The notes below the pieces were generated by a model that searched no databases, was not told where the DNA came from, and saw only the letters and a program-made list of their open reading frames with translations. A DNA stretch of 64,000 nt from NCBI GenBank assembly GCA_963662285.2, contig CAXXMV010000008.1:800001-864000 (forward strand), given 5' to 3'. Origin of the DNA: a bacterium. GTDB taxonomy: Bacteria > Hinthialibacterota > Hinthialibacteria > Hinthialibacterales > Hinthialibacteraceae. The translations under genes were made by a program, and so were the position numbers. Below are positions 37,435 through 47,735 of this stretch, in pieces. Each line of letters opens with the position of its first letter. The first letter of the stretch is position 1.

Positions 37435-38433
37435 TTACTGCATTTTTATCATTGAGCGCGATGATGGAAACACCTGAGAAGAAGGCCATTCATGCGATGA
37501 AGTAAACTGCTCCGCATTCCATTTCCATGGCACCCTCATGCGATGCCGCAAAACATGAGGCCCCATCGATGGCGATGCGCCGGAAGTTGAAATCTCTAAA
37601 CCGGCTGCGTTATAGAACACTTCCTCAAACTCTTCGCTAACCACAGCCCACTCTTCATCGGTCACGCTGCTGGGTTCCATTGGTGGAAGCGCCAGGCAGT
37701 TTGATCGCACAAGGGATCGATATACTCCATCTTTATTCTTTAACCCTAATTCGAACTCATACTTCTGATTGGGAGCAAGATTCAAATACCAACTGTTAGC
37801 ATCAAGCACCACCGGCGTCTCCTGAATTATGTCGCCTTTTTCATTGAGTACTCTTAAATAAGATTCCGAAACATCAAAATACCACTCGCCTTCTTCGTTG
37901 CAGATCTGGCTGCGCATTGCTTCCGATATCTCCCAATAGAGATAAGCCCAATGCGGATCGCGGGGCAGCGCCCTCATAACGGTTATGCCATATCCACCAG
38001 GCAAATCCGGCCCCTCTTCACCAACCCAGACGCTATCCGGCTCCTTCAGTTTCGGTTTTGCTACAGGTTCCGGCATAACTGCGGATGTTACTGAAGGCAT
38101 CTCAACCGGCGCTTTATTGATAGGTGCAATTTGCGCCCTTTCAGGAAGCGACAATTTTTGGCGTGCGCTTTTCGTATGCTCTGCAACCGTGATGGAAGAT
38201 GGAATCTTATCTAATGCTTCAATAAATTGATTCTCTTTTTTACTCTTCTTTTTCATAGACGATCCTTCTTCCGGCGCATTACTCATAACAGCCAACATAT
38301 CTGATTTTGTAGTAAAAATTCCACGAATGGAATTGAATTGTTTCACCAAACTGCCGAAAGCCGTTTTTATTAAAGAAATAATCTCATCAATAATGGAACT
38401 GCCGGATTCATTAAACGGTTTTTTATCAGTCAT
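37435..38433 (-). CDS. DUF4912 domain protein
   Basis: LPGGYG..ALPRDPHWAYLYWEI, NSWYL, VRSN. Confidence 0.85.
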   Translation of the reverse strand: MTDKKPFNESGSSIIDEIISLIKTAFGSLVKQFNSIRGIFTTKSDMLAVMSNAPEEGSSMKKKSKKENQFIEALDKIPSSITVAEHTKSARQKLSLPERAQIAPINKAPVEMPSVTSAVMPEPVAKPKLKEPDSVWVGEEGPDLPGGYGITVMRALPRDPHWAYLYWEISEAMRSQICNEEGEWYFDVSESYLRVLNEKGDIIQETPVVLDANSWYLNLAPNQKYEFELGLKNKDGVYRSLVRSNCLALPPMEPSSVTDEEWAVVSEEFEEVFYNAAGLEISTSGASPSMGPHVLRHRMRVPWKWNAEQFTSSHEWPSSQVFPSSRSMIKMQ

Positions 38434-38961
38434 GATCCTGTTCTCTTTCCTGCTGAATTAATACTTAATTTTCTTAATTCATACATAACGGATTTACTTA
38501 TCACTCTAGTTATTATACTGCAATTTTTATACCAGGCTATTATTCATTCGTCATTATCATACTGTCAGCATTTTCAGCACTTAAATTCACAGATTAATTC
38601 TCTACAAGTAAAGGTATATGAATATGTTACGTAAAAACAACATTCAACTGTTCAAGTAATTTATTACAAAAACAGGTCTAATCCTTAATTATATCATATA
38701 CAGTTCAAAACGAGACAATCATGTCAATATCGAGACAAATCAACCCGCTTTTGAACACTTTTATTATTATTTCATACTCTTCAATTGTATAAAATTCAGT
38801 CTTAAACCGTTATATCAATAACTTGTCATAGCATTTTAGATCGTATATAGTGATGTGAATTTATTCAGTTATAAATTCTTATATTCAGTACTGTTTCACG
38901 CTTATATTTTTTATGTTAAGGAAGGTTTCCCGGTTTGCCGGGCAACCGGATAATTAATTTA

Positions 38962-40098
38962 ATGAAGTGGTACCATTTCCTTTTTATATTCACTCAAGGC
39001 TTCATTCTCTCCTTGTTACTAACTCCGGTTATGCGGCGTATTGCTCCTGTATTTGGCTTTCTGGATCACCCCGGAAACCGGAAAGTACACCACCACCCCA
39101 AACCCTTACTTGGCGGCGCCGCCATTTTCCTGGCCTTCATCACAGTTGTACTGGGCGATTTACTTATACTTAAATACCTATATTCACTAAACTTGCCAAC
39201 TGACAAATGGTTTCTGCAGCAAATCATCTTAATGGCCGCCAACGCCAAAGGCGCCGAAAAAGCTTTAACCCAATTAATCGGCTTCCTTCTTGGCGGCGCG
39301 GTATTATTCATCATCGGCCTGATTGATGACCGCTTTGGCATGTCTCCCCTGCTTAAACTCAGCGGACAGATTATAGCTGCCGTAATCCTCTATTTTGCTG
39401 ATATCAAAATCGGTTTATTCATCAATTATCAACTTATCAATTTCTTCCTCACCCTCTTCTGGATTGTCCTTATCACCAACTCTTTCAACCTTTTAGATAA
39501 CATGGATGGTCTTTCCGGAGGAGTGGCCGCCATCTGCCTCTTTCTTCTGGGAATTTCTACCCAACTGGTCGGAGAACAGTTTTTTATGTCCTCTATATCC
39601 TTTGCGCTGGCTGGATGCATCGTAGGATTCCTCCTTTTCAACATCAATCCATCATCTATCTTCATGGGTGACGCAGGATCATTGTTTATCGGCTATGCAG
39701 TCTCGGCTCTCACTATTCAGGCCACCTTTTATCAATCGGGAACCTTGAGCGGCACCCCTTGGGCGGTGGTAATGCCATTCGTCATCCTGGCCGTGCCGAT
39801 TTTCGATACCCTATCCGTCATTCTCATCCGTGTACGCAATGGTAAACCAATCTATGTGGGCGACAAAAACCATTTTTCCCATAGACTGGTCGCTTTAGGA
39901 ATGAGCCATCGCCGGGCGGTTTTCTTCATCCACCTGATAACTCTCTGCGAAGGAAGCGCCGCTTTGATTCTGGCCATCATCCCCACTTCCTTCGGCGCTT
40001 ATGTGGTTCTAACCCAAACCATCATCTTCTTCATTATCATTTCCATGCTCGAAAACATCCGCAATCATTTCAACAACAATTCACAACCCAACAAGTAG
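38962..40098 (+). CDS. MraY/WecA-family polyprenyl-phosphate N-acetylhexosamine-1-phosphate transferase
   Basis: DHPGNRKVH..PLLGG, GLIDD, NSFNLLDNMDGL, FMGDAGS, HFSHRL. Confidence 0.92.
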   Translation: MKWYHFLFIFTQGFILSLLLTPVMRRIAPVFGFLDHPGNRKVHHHPKPLLGGAAIFLAFITVVLGDLLILKYLYSLNLPTDKWFLQQIILMAANAKGAEKALTQLIGFLLGGAVLFIIGLIDDRFGMSPLLKLSGQIIAAVILYFADIKIGLFINYQLINFFLTLFWIVLITNSFNLLDNMDGLSGGVAAICLFLLGISTQLVGEQFFMSSISFALAGCIVGFLLFNINPSSIFMGDAGSLFIGYAVSALTIQATFYQSGTLSGTPWAVVMPFVILAVPIFDTLSVILIRVRNGKPIYVGDKNHFSHRLVALGMSHRRAVFFIHLITLCEGSAALILAIIPTSFGAYVVLTQTIIFFIIISMLENIRNHFNNNSQPNK

Positions 40099-40120
40099 GG
40101 TGCGCCCCTTGTGGGCGCCC
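40095..40120 (+). repeat. GTAG-type REP (family B) overlapping the upstream gene's stop codon
   Basis: GTAGGGTGCGCCCCTTGTGGGCGCCC; TAG 40096-40098. Confidence 0.85.
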
Positions 40121-40181
40121 GAACCTTCCAACACCTAAAAAACAACTATTAGATTTTGATCATAATGCCAATTGAAAAATC

Positions 40182-40375
40182 TAAGGTTATTGAAAACAAC
40201 CCCCTCTTGAATTCTCCCCCAACTTGGGGAAGAGGGATTTTGAGATATAACCAATTGTATAGTTTCAACTTAGTATTGCAAAAAACCATAGTATCACATT
40301 CCTCTCCCAAGATTGGGAGAGGTTAGGAGAGGGTTGATAGCGACCACCCTTGTAAATGAATATCCATACAAAAAA
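40182..40375 (-). repeat. Family C ~190-bp double-hairpin repeat (empty allele of 21458-22097)
   Basis: Reverse complement is colinear with both flanks of MITE copy 1. Confidence 0.85.
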
Positions 40376-40506
40376 CCTCCAGATTTATCATAGTATCGAT
40401 TTTATTAAAAATATTAAAAATATCCTTGACAAATATCCTGAGTTATAGTTATATACTTAATTCCTATAGGAATGATCGGATATAGAAAATATTTTAGGTA
40501 TAAGTC

Positions 40507-40959
40507 GTGAAACTATCGACAAGAGCAAGATATTCCATTCGTTTTATGATTTTCCTCGCCGATCATACTGAGGAAAACCGCCCCATCGGCTTAAAGGAAA
40601 TCGCGGAAAAACGCGATCTATCCATGCGTTATCTTGAACAATTGGTGGTTCCTCTGAAAAACGCTTCTTTAATACGGAGCGTGGCGGGAAAATACGGGGG
40701 ATACTTACTTGCCAAAGACGCCAAAGAAATCAAAGTAGGCGAAATTGTCGAAACAGCTATCGGTCCCATCAACCTGATGGACTGCCTGCAACCGGATAAC
40801 GAATGTAAGTATTTAGAAGTTTGCTCCGTAAGGCGCATGTGGGGACTAATCAACACTCGCATAACGGATGTACTTTACGACTATACCCTGGCTGATCTTT
40901 CAGAAAAGAAAATGTGGGAAATGATTGATAAAAAAGATGGACTGCTGCCTTGTCATTAG
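40507..40959 (+). CDS. Rrf2-family transcriptional regulator (three-Cys type)
   Basis: MKLSTRARY, YLEQLV..L, GKYGGYLL, C-x6-C-x5-C. Confidence 0.93.
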   Translation: MKLSTRARYSIRFMIFLADHTEENRPIGLKEIAEKRDLSMRYLEQLVVPLKNASLIRSVAGKYGGYLLAKDAKEIKVGEIVETAIGPINLMDCLQPDNECKYLEVCSVRRMWGLINTRITDVLYDYTLADLSEKKMWEMIDKKDGLLPCH

Positions 40960-41028
40960 AATCTTATTAATTAAAAACCTTGTAGAAATGATTTATAAAA
41001 CAATTCATAAAAATCAAGGAGAATAAGG

Positions 41029-41976
41029 ATGAGTAGCACGGTATTGCTCCACTTGGTAACCTATGCGGCCATCATTGCCTTTCTATTAGCCGTGGTAATC
41101 CGATTTATTCGAATCAACTCAATGCCCATGCATTTACGTTGGGAACTGTATCCAGTCGCTCATGAGCCAGGAGCAAAAGCCAGGTACGGCGGTTCTCATT
41201 TAGAGGAAATCGATTGGTGGACCAAACCAAAAGAATCCTCCAGAATCAATGAGATGCGCTATATGATCCCGGAAATGCTCTTTCTGGTCGCCTTGTTCGA
41301 GCATAACCGCAAATTATGGCTGCGTTCTTTTCCATTTCATTTTGGACTTTATTTATTATCAGGAACCATCGGTTTTATCTTTTTTGGAGCTATTCTGGAA
41401 CTTGCAGGCATCCCGGTTACCAATGGTGAAAATGCGTCAATCATCGGTATGGGCGTATTCTACCTTACCCAGATCATCGGCGTAATCGGCATGACATTGG
41501 CCGCTTTCGGCAGCATCGGTCTACTGCATATACGACTGACTGATCCCGACTTGAGCGATTACACCTCGGCCAACGCCATTTTCAACCTGGTATTTTTTAT
41601 AGTTGTTCTAATGATCGCCTGGATTACCTTTATCCTTATTGATCCCACATACCAACTGACCAGAGCCTACATACAAAGTCTCGTCACCTTTAACTTCGCC
41701 GCTCCTGTGGAGAGTGCATTGTTAGGGATTGAAATCCTTTTATCCGTCCTGTTAATCGCCTACATCCCCATGACTCACATGTCCCACTTTTTCTTGAAGT
41801 GGTTCACTTATCATAAAATCCGTTGGGATGATGAAGGTTACACTCCAGGCAGTAAATTAGAAAAGAAGATATTCCAACAGGTTCAATATCCGGTTACCTG
41901 GTCCGCCCCACACTTAAAAGCCGATGGTAAAAAGAATTGGCTGGATATCGCCACTGAGGAGATTGATGAAAAATGA
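41029..41976 (+). CDS. DsrM/HmcE/NarI-like membrane cytochrome b
   Basis: Multiple TM helices; HLRWELYP, FPFHFGLY, YIPMTHMSHFF. Confidence 0.8.
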   Translation: MSSTVLLHLVTYAAIIAFLLAVVIRFIRINSMPMHLRWELYPVAHEPGAKARYGGSHLEEIDWWTKPKESSRINEMRYMIPEMLFLVALFEHNRKLWLRSFPFHFGLYLLSGTIGFIFFGAILELAGIPVTNGENASIIGMGVFYLTQIIGVIGMTLAAFGSIGLLHIRLTDPDLSDYTSANAIFNLVFFIVVLMIAWITFILIDPTYQLTRAYIQSLVTFNFAAPVESALLGIEILLSVLLIAYIPMTHMSHFFLKWFTYHKIRWDDEGYTPGSKLEKKIFQQVQYPVTWSAPHLKADGKKNWLDIATEEIDEK

Positions 41977-43589
41977 AGAAACGGGTAAAAATCAACGATG
42001 TCAGCAAACCGACCGCGCAATTAACGTGTGTTGATCCAAGTGATCAGCCGCCGTTTCCTGCACCGATGGATGAATCATACACTGCTCCTGAGTGGAAACC
42101 TCTGTCCGAAAAAGCCAAAGATCAATATGAGATAAACCTGGACGGAACCCTTGTACTATCTCTGCCAAAACCCAAAAACAAGGAAGAGGAAGACGAACTG
42201 GTTCGCCAATTTCTATCCGGCCTGGAAAAACTCTTCACCAAAGAGAACAACTGGACATTTCTACAGCCCATGGTTCTATCGATGGAGAATTGCGCCCGCT
42301 GCCAAACCTGCTCCGATTCATGCCACATCTATGAAATGAGCGGCAAAAACGATATATACCGCCCCACCTACCGCGCTGAAATCCTGCGCCGCCTCTATTT
42401 CAAATACCTCAAACCGGGCGGCAAGTTCTTCGGTAAATGGCGCCACGGCGATATTGACCTCAACTGGCAAACCGTCTCCCGGCTGGCTGAACTGGCCTAT
42501 CGCTGCAATCTCTGCCGCCGTTGCGCATCAACCTGCCCCATCGGCGTCGACAATGGCTTAATCACCCATGATCTACGAAAATTATTCAGCCAGGAAATGG
42601 GCATCCACCCCACTGAGTTGCACGACAACGGCGCCGTGCTGCAAATGAAGGTCGGTTCCTCCACCGGAATGAATCCGCTGGTCGTTAAAGATAATATCGA
42701 ATTCATCGATGAAGACACTACTGATAAGACTGGCATAAAAACTGAAACTCCCTGGGATGTAGAAGGCGCTGACGTGTTGCTTCTACATAACGCTGGCGAG
42801 ATACTTTCATGGCCCGAAAACCACGGCGCCTTCGCCACGCTGTTTAACGCCGCCGGCATCAGTTGGACTCTATCATCTGAATCACAGGAAGCCCTCGGTT
42901 ACGACAATATCAATTACGGCCTGTTTTACGATGATTTCATGCTGGCTAAAGTCGCCATCAAACACGCCAAAGCGGCGGCCAAACTGGGCGTTAAGAAAAT
43001 CGTGCTGGGCGAATGCGGCCACGCCCATAAAGCATTGACCGTCATAGCCGACCGCGTCTTAACTGGCGACCTCAACATCCCCAGAGAGAGCGCCATCACT
43101 CTGATGGAAAACATAGTCTCGTCAGGCAAAATAGAATTCGACCCGTCTCGCAATGATTTCCCCGTCACCCTGCATGATCCATGCAACATGGTTCGGCTGA
43201 TGGGAATCGTTGAGCCGCAAAGAAAAATTCTGCGCAAACTCTGCCCTCAATTCCGTGAAATGACTCCTCATGGAGTGAACAATTACTGCTGCGGCGGAGG
43301 CTCCGGTTTCGCTCTGATGTCGGGTCATAATTTTGAAGATTGGCGTATGCAGGTAGCCAGCCGCAAAAAACTTGACCAAATATTAAACGCCTTCAAGGAC
43401 GAAATGGATTCATCCATCCATAAATATATCTGCGCCCCCTGCTCTAACTGCAAAGGCTCAATGCGCGATATAATTCATTATTACGATTTATGGAATAAAT
43501 ACGGCATCGGTTACGGCGGCATAGTAGAACTGATCGTCAACGCTATGGTAGATGTAAAACCAGGGTATATAGAATGGGAAATGTATTAA
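41973..43589 (+). CDS. DsrK/HmcF/HdrD-like Fe-S protein with CCG domain
   Basis: CARCQTCSDSC, CNLCRRCASTC, ECGH, HDPC, CCGGG, CAPCSNC; ATGA overlap with the upstream gene. Confidence 0.85.
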   Translation: MKKRVKINDVSKPTAQLTCVDPSDQPPFPAPMDESYTAPEWKPLSEKAKDQYEINLDGTLVLSLPKPKNKEEEDELVRQFLSGLEKLFTKENNWTFLQPMVLSMENCARCQTCSDSCHIYEMSGKNDIYRPTYRAEILRRLYFKYLKPGGKFFGKWRHGDIDLNWQTVSRLAELAYRCNLCRRCASTCPIGVDNGLITHDLRKLFSQEMGIHPTELHDNGAVLQMKVGSSTGMNPLVVKDNIEFIDEDTTDKTGIKTETPWDVEGADVLLLHNAGEILSWPENHGAFATLFNAAGISWTLSSESQEALGYDNINYGLFYDDFMLAKVAIKHAKAAAKLGVKKIVLGECGHAHKALTVIADRVLTGDLNIPRESAITLMENIVSSGKIEFDPSRNDFPVTLHDPCNMVRLMGIVEPQRKILRKLCPQFREMTPHGVNNYCCGGGSGFALMSGHNFEDWRMQVASRKKLDQILNAFKDEMDSSIHKYICAPCSNCKGSMRDIIHYYDLWNKYGIGYGGIVELIVNAMVDVKPGYIEWEMY

Positions 43590-43595
43590 AATCCC

Positions 43596-44180
43596 GTAGG
43601 GTGGGTCACGCCTCACCGACCCACCAAAACCACCTACAAGTGGGCTGGGCGCCAAGGGCAAGACAGCTGGGTGCCAAGGGCAGTGTCCTTCCTGCCCTTG
43701 ATGCGATCACCTAATCAATTACTAGTGTATTTGTGGTGTCTGGGGCGCCAAGGGCAAGAGCGCATTGCGCTCAGCCCTTGATCAAACCACCTACGCGTAG
43801 GGTGGGCTAAAAGCGATAGCGTAGCCCACCAAAAACAACTGTAGATAAACATTCCTCTCCCAAGATTGGGAGAGGTCAGGAGAGGGTTGATAACAATCAC
43901 CCATGTAATTGAATTTACAATGATGTTAGAAACAATTCGGGTGCCAAGGGCAGTGTCCTTCCTGCCCTTGATGCGATCACCTAATCAATTACTAGTGTAT
44001 TTGTGGTGTCTGGGGCGCCAAGGGCAAGAGCGCATTGCGCTCAACCCTTGATTAAACCACCGACGAGTAGGGTGGGCTAAAAGCGATAGCGTAGCCCACC
44101 AAAAACAACTGTAGATAAACATTCCTCTCCCAAGATTGGGAGAGGTCAGGAGAGGGTTGATAACAATAACTTACGTATCT
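43596..44180. repeat. Mosaic REP cluster with a 229-bp direct duplication
   Basis: 43669-43897 is repeated at 43939-44167; each unit is A2 + A3 + GTAG REP + family C hairpin. Confidence 0.9.
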
Positions 44181-44229
44181 CAAACCACTTCCCGGCTCAT
44201 AAGAGATAAAGTTAAATAGGACAAAAACA

Positions 44230-44658
44230 ATGAATCAAAACAATATTGCTTCTCCTCTAAACCATGATGAGAAAAAAATATTAGTCGTTGATGACGAACC
44301 AGATATTCTAACCTATTTAACTGTTCTCATGGAAAATAATGGTTACCAGACTTTCCAAGCTCTCAACGCGGTAGAGGCGATGCAAAAGATCACGGAAATA
44401 AAGCCGGATTTAATAACTCTGGATATCATGATGCCCAAAAAATCCGGCATCGCTTTTTACCGTGAACTTAAACTGAATCAGCAGACGCTGGACATACCGG
44501 TTATATTCATCAGCGCCTTCAGCATGGCCAGGGATTTTATGGGACCGGGTTTCAGGAAACTGATTCCGGATATGGACATTCCTGAACCCGAGGCGTTCAT
44601 TGAAAAGCCGGTTGACATTCCCCGATTACTTGAAATGATTAATAAAATATTGGGATGA
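44230..44658 (+). CDS. Single-domain response regulator
   Basis: ILVVDDEPD, DLITLDIMMPKKSG, FIEKP. Confidence 0.93.
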   Translation: MNQNNIASPLNHDEKKILVVDDEPDILTYLTVLMENNGYQTFQALNAVEAMQKITEIKPDLITLDIMMPKKSGIAFYRELKLNQQTLDIPVIFISAFSMARDFMGPGFRKLIPDMDIPEPEAFIEKPVDIPRLLEMINKILG

Positions 44659-44667
44659 GATTTTCTC

Positions 44668-46470
44668 ATGCAAAAAACCGATTTAAGGGATTGGCTTCAT
44701 AACGAACTTTTTGAACGGGTTCCATCGAACATCGCGATTATTGATCGTGAATACCACATTGTTGAAGCCAATAAAAATTTCAAGGAAACCTTTGGCGAAT
44801 GGCAGGGGAAACTTTGTCATAATATTTTCCGTAATCGCAATACTCCCTGTTCTTCATGCAAAGCGGAACAGACTTTCCATGACGGCCAATCCCGCGTCAG
44901 TGAAGAGTCGCGCTTAAACCGGCATGGTTCCTCTTCCTATTACGTGGTTCATTTCGAACCGATTATCAGCCCAAATGGTGAAATCCCGTATGTCATAGAG
45001 ATGTCCCGCGATGTCACCGAAAACAAACGGCTTCAGAGAGAACATGATATCCTTTTCGACCGCGTTCCCTGTTATGTAACCGTTCTGGATCGCGGCATGA
45101 AGATTGTGCGGAACAATGAGATGTTCCGCAAAACATTTGGCGAAAGCCTTGGCAAAAAGTGTTATGAAATATACCGGCAGCGAATCCAGCCTTGTGATAA
45201 TTGCCCTGCCATAAAAACCTTCACCGATGGCCAGGTTCATACCGCTCATAAATCCGGCGTTAACAAAAACGGAGAGACGATCTTCTACCATGTGACCACT
45301 TCCTCTCTCAGCCGTAGCGAAAAAAGTCCCACTCATGTCATTGAAATGTCGCTGGACATAACCGAAACCAGGCAATTGGAAATGCGCCTCAATGAGTCGC
45401 ATGATTTTCAGGCCAGCCTGATTGAAAGCGCCATCGACAGCATTATCGCCGCCGATCCCGATGGACTGGTCACCCTGTTCAATCCATCAGCCGAAAAGCT
45501 CTTCAACTATAACGCCGATGAAGTCATCAACCGGAAAAAGATCGATCAGTTCGTCCCGCCAGATTTTATTGACGTCATTACTAAAGGCGAAAACCGTTGC
45601 CTGCTCGCGGAATCCAAAGCGCGCAATCGTGATAAACAAAGCGTCCCCGTCCGGTTTTCCGGCGTGGTGCTAAAAAGCGGAAAGAAGCATCTGGGCAGCG
45701 CCGCTTTCTTTCAGGATTTACGTGAAATCAAAAAAATGGAACACGATAAACTGGAAGCCGAACGCCTGGCCGCCGTCGGGCAAACCGTCGCCGGTCTGGC
45801 TCATGGCATTAAAAATGTACTCATGGGACTGGATGGCGGCATGTATGTCATGCAATCCGGCATGAACAATAGCAACTCGGATCTGACCCACCGGGGCTGG
45901 GAGATGCTGCAAAATAATATCGAACGCATCTCACTATACGTCAAGGATTTCTTGAACTTCGCCAAAGGCAAAACATCCATTAACGTGACATCGGTAGATC
46001 CCGGCCTTCTTGCCCGTGAAGTGATAGACCTTTTCACGACTGTGGCGGATAAGGCCGGGATTACTATCCAGGCTGAACTTTCTGATAATATCGCTCCGGC
46101 CAATATGGATTATGAAGCAATTCACACCTGTCTTGTCAATCTGGTATCCAATGCTATCGACGCCTGTGAAATGAGTGAAAAAGACGGGGGCGTCGTGATT
46201 TTGAGATTGTTTGAAGATAAACAAACCATTGTTTTTGAAGTTTGCGACAACGGATGCGGTATGGACTATGAAATCAAAAAGAAAGTTTTCACCACTTTCT
46301 TCTCCACCAAAGGTTCCGCCAAAGGAACCGGGCTGGGATTATTGGTCACCAGACGCATCACTCAGGAACACGGAGGCCGGATTACTCTTGAATCCACCGA
46401 AAGCGAAGGTTCCATTTTTAGATTGGAATTTCCAAGAAAACGGTTGCCGCCCCTGACAGAGATGGCATAA
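44668..46470 (+). CDS. Cytoplasmic multi-PAS sensor histidine kinase
   Basis: Three PAS-like domains; AHGIKN H-box, NLVSNAIDA, DNGCGM, GTGLGL. Confidence 0.93.
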   Translation: MQKTDLRDWLHNELFERVPSNIAIIDREYHIVEANKNFKETFGEWQGKLCHNIFRNRNTPCSSCKAEQTFHDGQSRVSEESRLNRHGSSSYYVVHFEPIISPNGEIPYVIEMSRDVTENKRLQREHDILFDRVPCYVTVLDRGMKIVRNNEMFRKTFGESLGKKCYEIYRQRIQPCDNCPAIKTFTDGQVHTAHKSGVNKNGETIFYHVTTSSLSRSEKSPTHVIEMSLDITETRQLEMRLNESHDFQASLIESAIDSIIAADPDGLVTLFNPSAEKLFNYNADEVINRKKIDQFVPPDFIDVITKGENRCLLAESKARNRDKQSVPVRFSGVVLKSGKKHLGSAAFFQDLREIKKMEHDKLEAERLAAVGQTVAGLAHGIKNVLMGLDGGMYVMQSGMNNSNSDLTHRGWEMLQNNIERISLYVKDFLNFAKGKTSINVTSVDPGLLAREVIDLFTTVADKAGITIQAELSDNIAPANMDYEAIHTCLVNLVSNAIDACEMSEKDGGVVILRLFEDKQTIVFEVCDNGCGMDYEIKKKVFTTFFSTKGSAKGTGLGLLVTRRITQEHGGRITLESTESEGSIFRLEFPRKRLPPLTEMA

Positions 46471-46568
46471 TACCTAGACAATGCATTACATGACTTGACT
46501 TGACTTGACTTGATTTTATTTTTTTCATATACGCAATTTTCGATCACAATAATAAAGGAGAATGGGTA

Positions 46569-47087
46569 ATGACATCACCTTCAGAAAAGAAAATCCTCGT
46601 AGTGGATGACGAACCGGATGTACGGTTGTATCTGCAAACCGTGCTGGCCGACGCTGGATTCCAGGTCGAAACCGCCTGTGATGGATACCAGGCTCTGGAA
46701 ATTTTTGAATCCAATCCACCAGACGCCGTCTCTCTCGACTTGGTCATGCCCAGAAAATCAGGGGCTAAGTTTCTTTATGAATATCATAAACATGATGAAT
46801 GGCGCCATATTCCCGTAATACTGGTCACCGCCCACGCCAAAGATGATTTAGGACAAGACGATTTCAATGACATCATGTCCAATCTGTCTATTGTCGGGCC
46901 GGAAACCTACCTGGAAAAACCAGTTAAACCTCTGACATACGTCAACAGTTTCAAACGCGCCTTGGGAATTGAAATCACGGAAGAGCCTCATTCAAAAGAA
47001 GAAACCAAAGACGAAATCAAAGGCCTTCTAAATAACGCCGATCCACAAAAAATGGATCAAATTCTAAATCTATTAAAGCAGAAATAA
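46569..47087 (+). CDS. Response regulator (receiver plus short tail)
   Basis: ILVVDDEPD, SLDLVMPRKSG, YLEKP. Confidence 0.92.
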   Translation: MTSPSEKKILVVDDEPDVRLYLQTVLADAGFQVETACDGYQALEIFESNPPDAVSLDLVMPRKSGAKFLYEYHKHDEWRHIPVILVTAHAKDDLGQDDFNDIMSNLSIVGPETYLEKPVKPLTYVNSFKRALGIEITEEPHSKEETKDEIKGLLNNADPQKMDQILNLLKQK

Positions 47088-47092
47088 AACCA

Positions 47093-47185
47093 CCTACGCG
47101 TAGGGTGGGTCAGCCTCACCGACCCACCAAAAAACAACCTACGCGTAGGGTGGGTCAGCCTCACCGACCCACCAAAAAACAACCC
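47093..47185 (+). repeat. Tandem 45-bp duplication containing a GTAG REP
   Basis: CCTACGCGTAGGGTGGGTCAGCCTCACCGACCCACCAAAAAACAA x2. Confidence 0.9.
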
Positions 47186-47202
47186 AGAATAAGGATAATA
47201 GA

Positions 47203-47616
47203 ATGGAAAACAACCTGAATAAAAAATCAATCCTGATCATTGATGATGAGCCGGATATAGTAACGTACCTGGAGACTCTCTTCTCTGATAACGGATACGA
47301 CGCAATGACCGCATCTAATGGCGTTGAAGCCATGGAAAAAGTCCAAAGCAAAATACCGGATTTAATCACTCTTGATATTTCAATGCCGGAAAAATCAGGC
47401 ATCAGATTCTACCGTGAATTGAAAGACGATCCTCAACTCTCCGGCATACCGGTATTGGTCATAACCGGCGTCACCGGATACGGAGGCGATGCGGATAGTT
47501 TTGAACAATTCCTGGCTTCCCGCAAACAAGTTCCTCCTCCGGACGGTTTTATCGGAAAACCTCTGGAAGACGCCAACGCCCTCTTGGCGAAGATCAGTGA
47601 ATTGATCAATCCATAA
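47203..47616 (+). CDS. Single-domain response regulator
   Basis: ILIIDDEPD, DLITLDISMPEKSG, FIGKP. Confidence 0.93.
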   Translation: MENNLNKKSILIIDDEPDIVTYLETLFSDNGYDAMTASNGVEAMEKVQSKIPDLITLDISMPEKSGIRFYRELKDDPQLSGIPVLVITGVTGYGGDADSFEQFLASRKQVPPPDGFIGKPLEDANALLAKISELINP

Positions 47617-47735
47617 AGGCTGCGCGGTTCCTTTCAGAGGTTGTTATGCATTCGTTATGAGAAAGCGGGAGCTTAAATTACGGCAAAATTCTATTTTTAC
47701 TGGTTTAACCCAGCTCAAGAGATAGAATAATATGT

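Noticed and set aside
43565-43589. DsrK-like C-terminus YIEWEMY as another W-x-L-F tag
   Set aside because: Cytoplasmic Fe-S protein with no signal peptide, and only a partial motif match.
46491-46513. (TGACT)4 microsatellite as a regulatory switch
   Set aside because: Short and intergenic, with no supporting promoter context.
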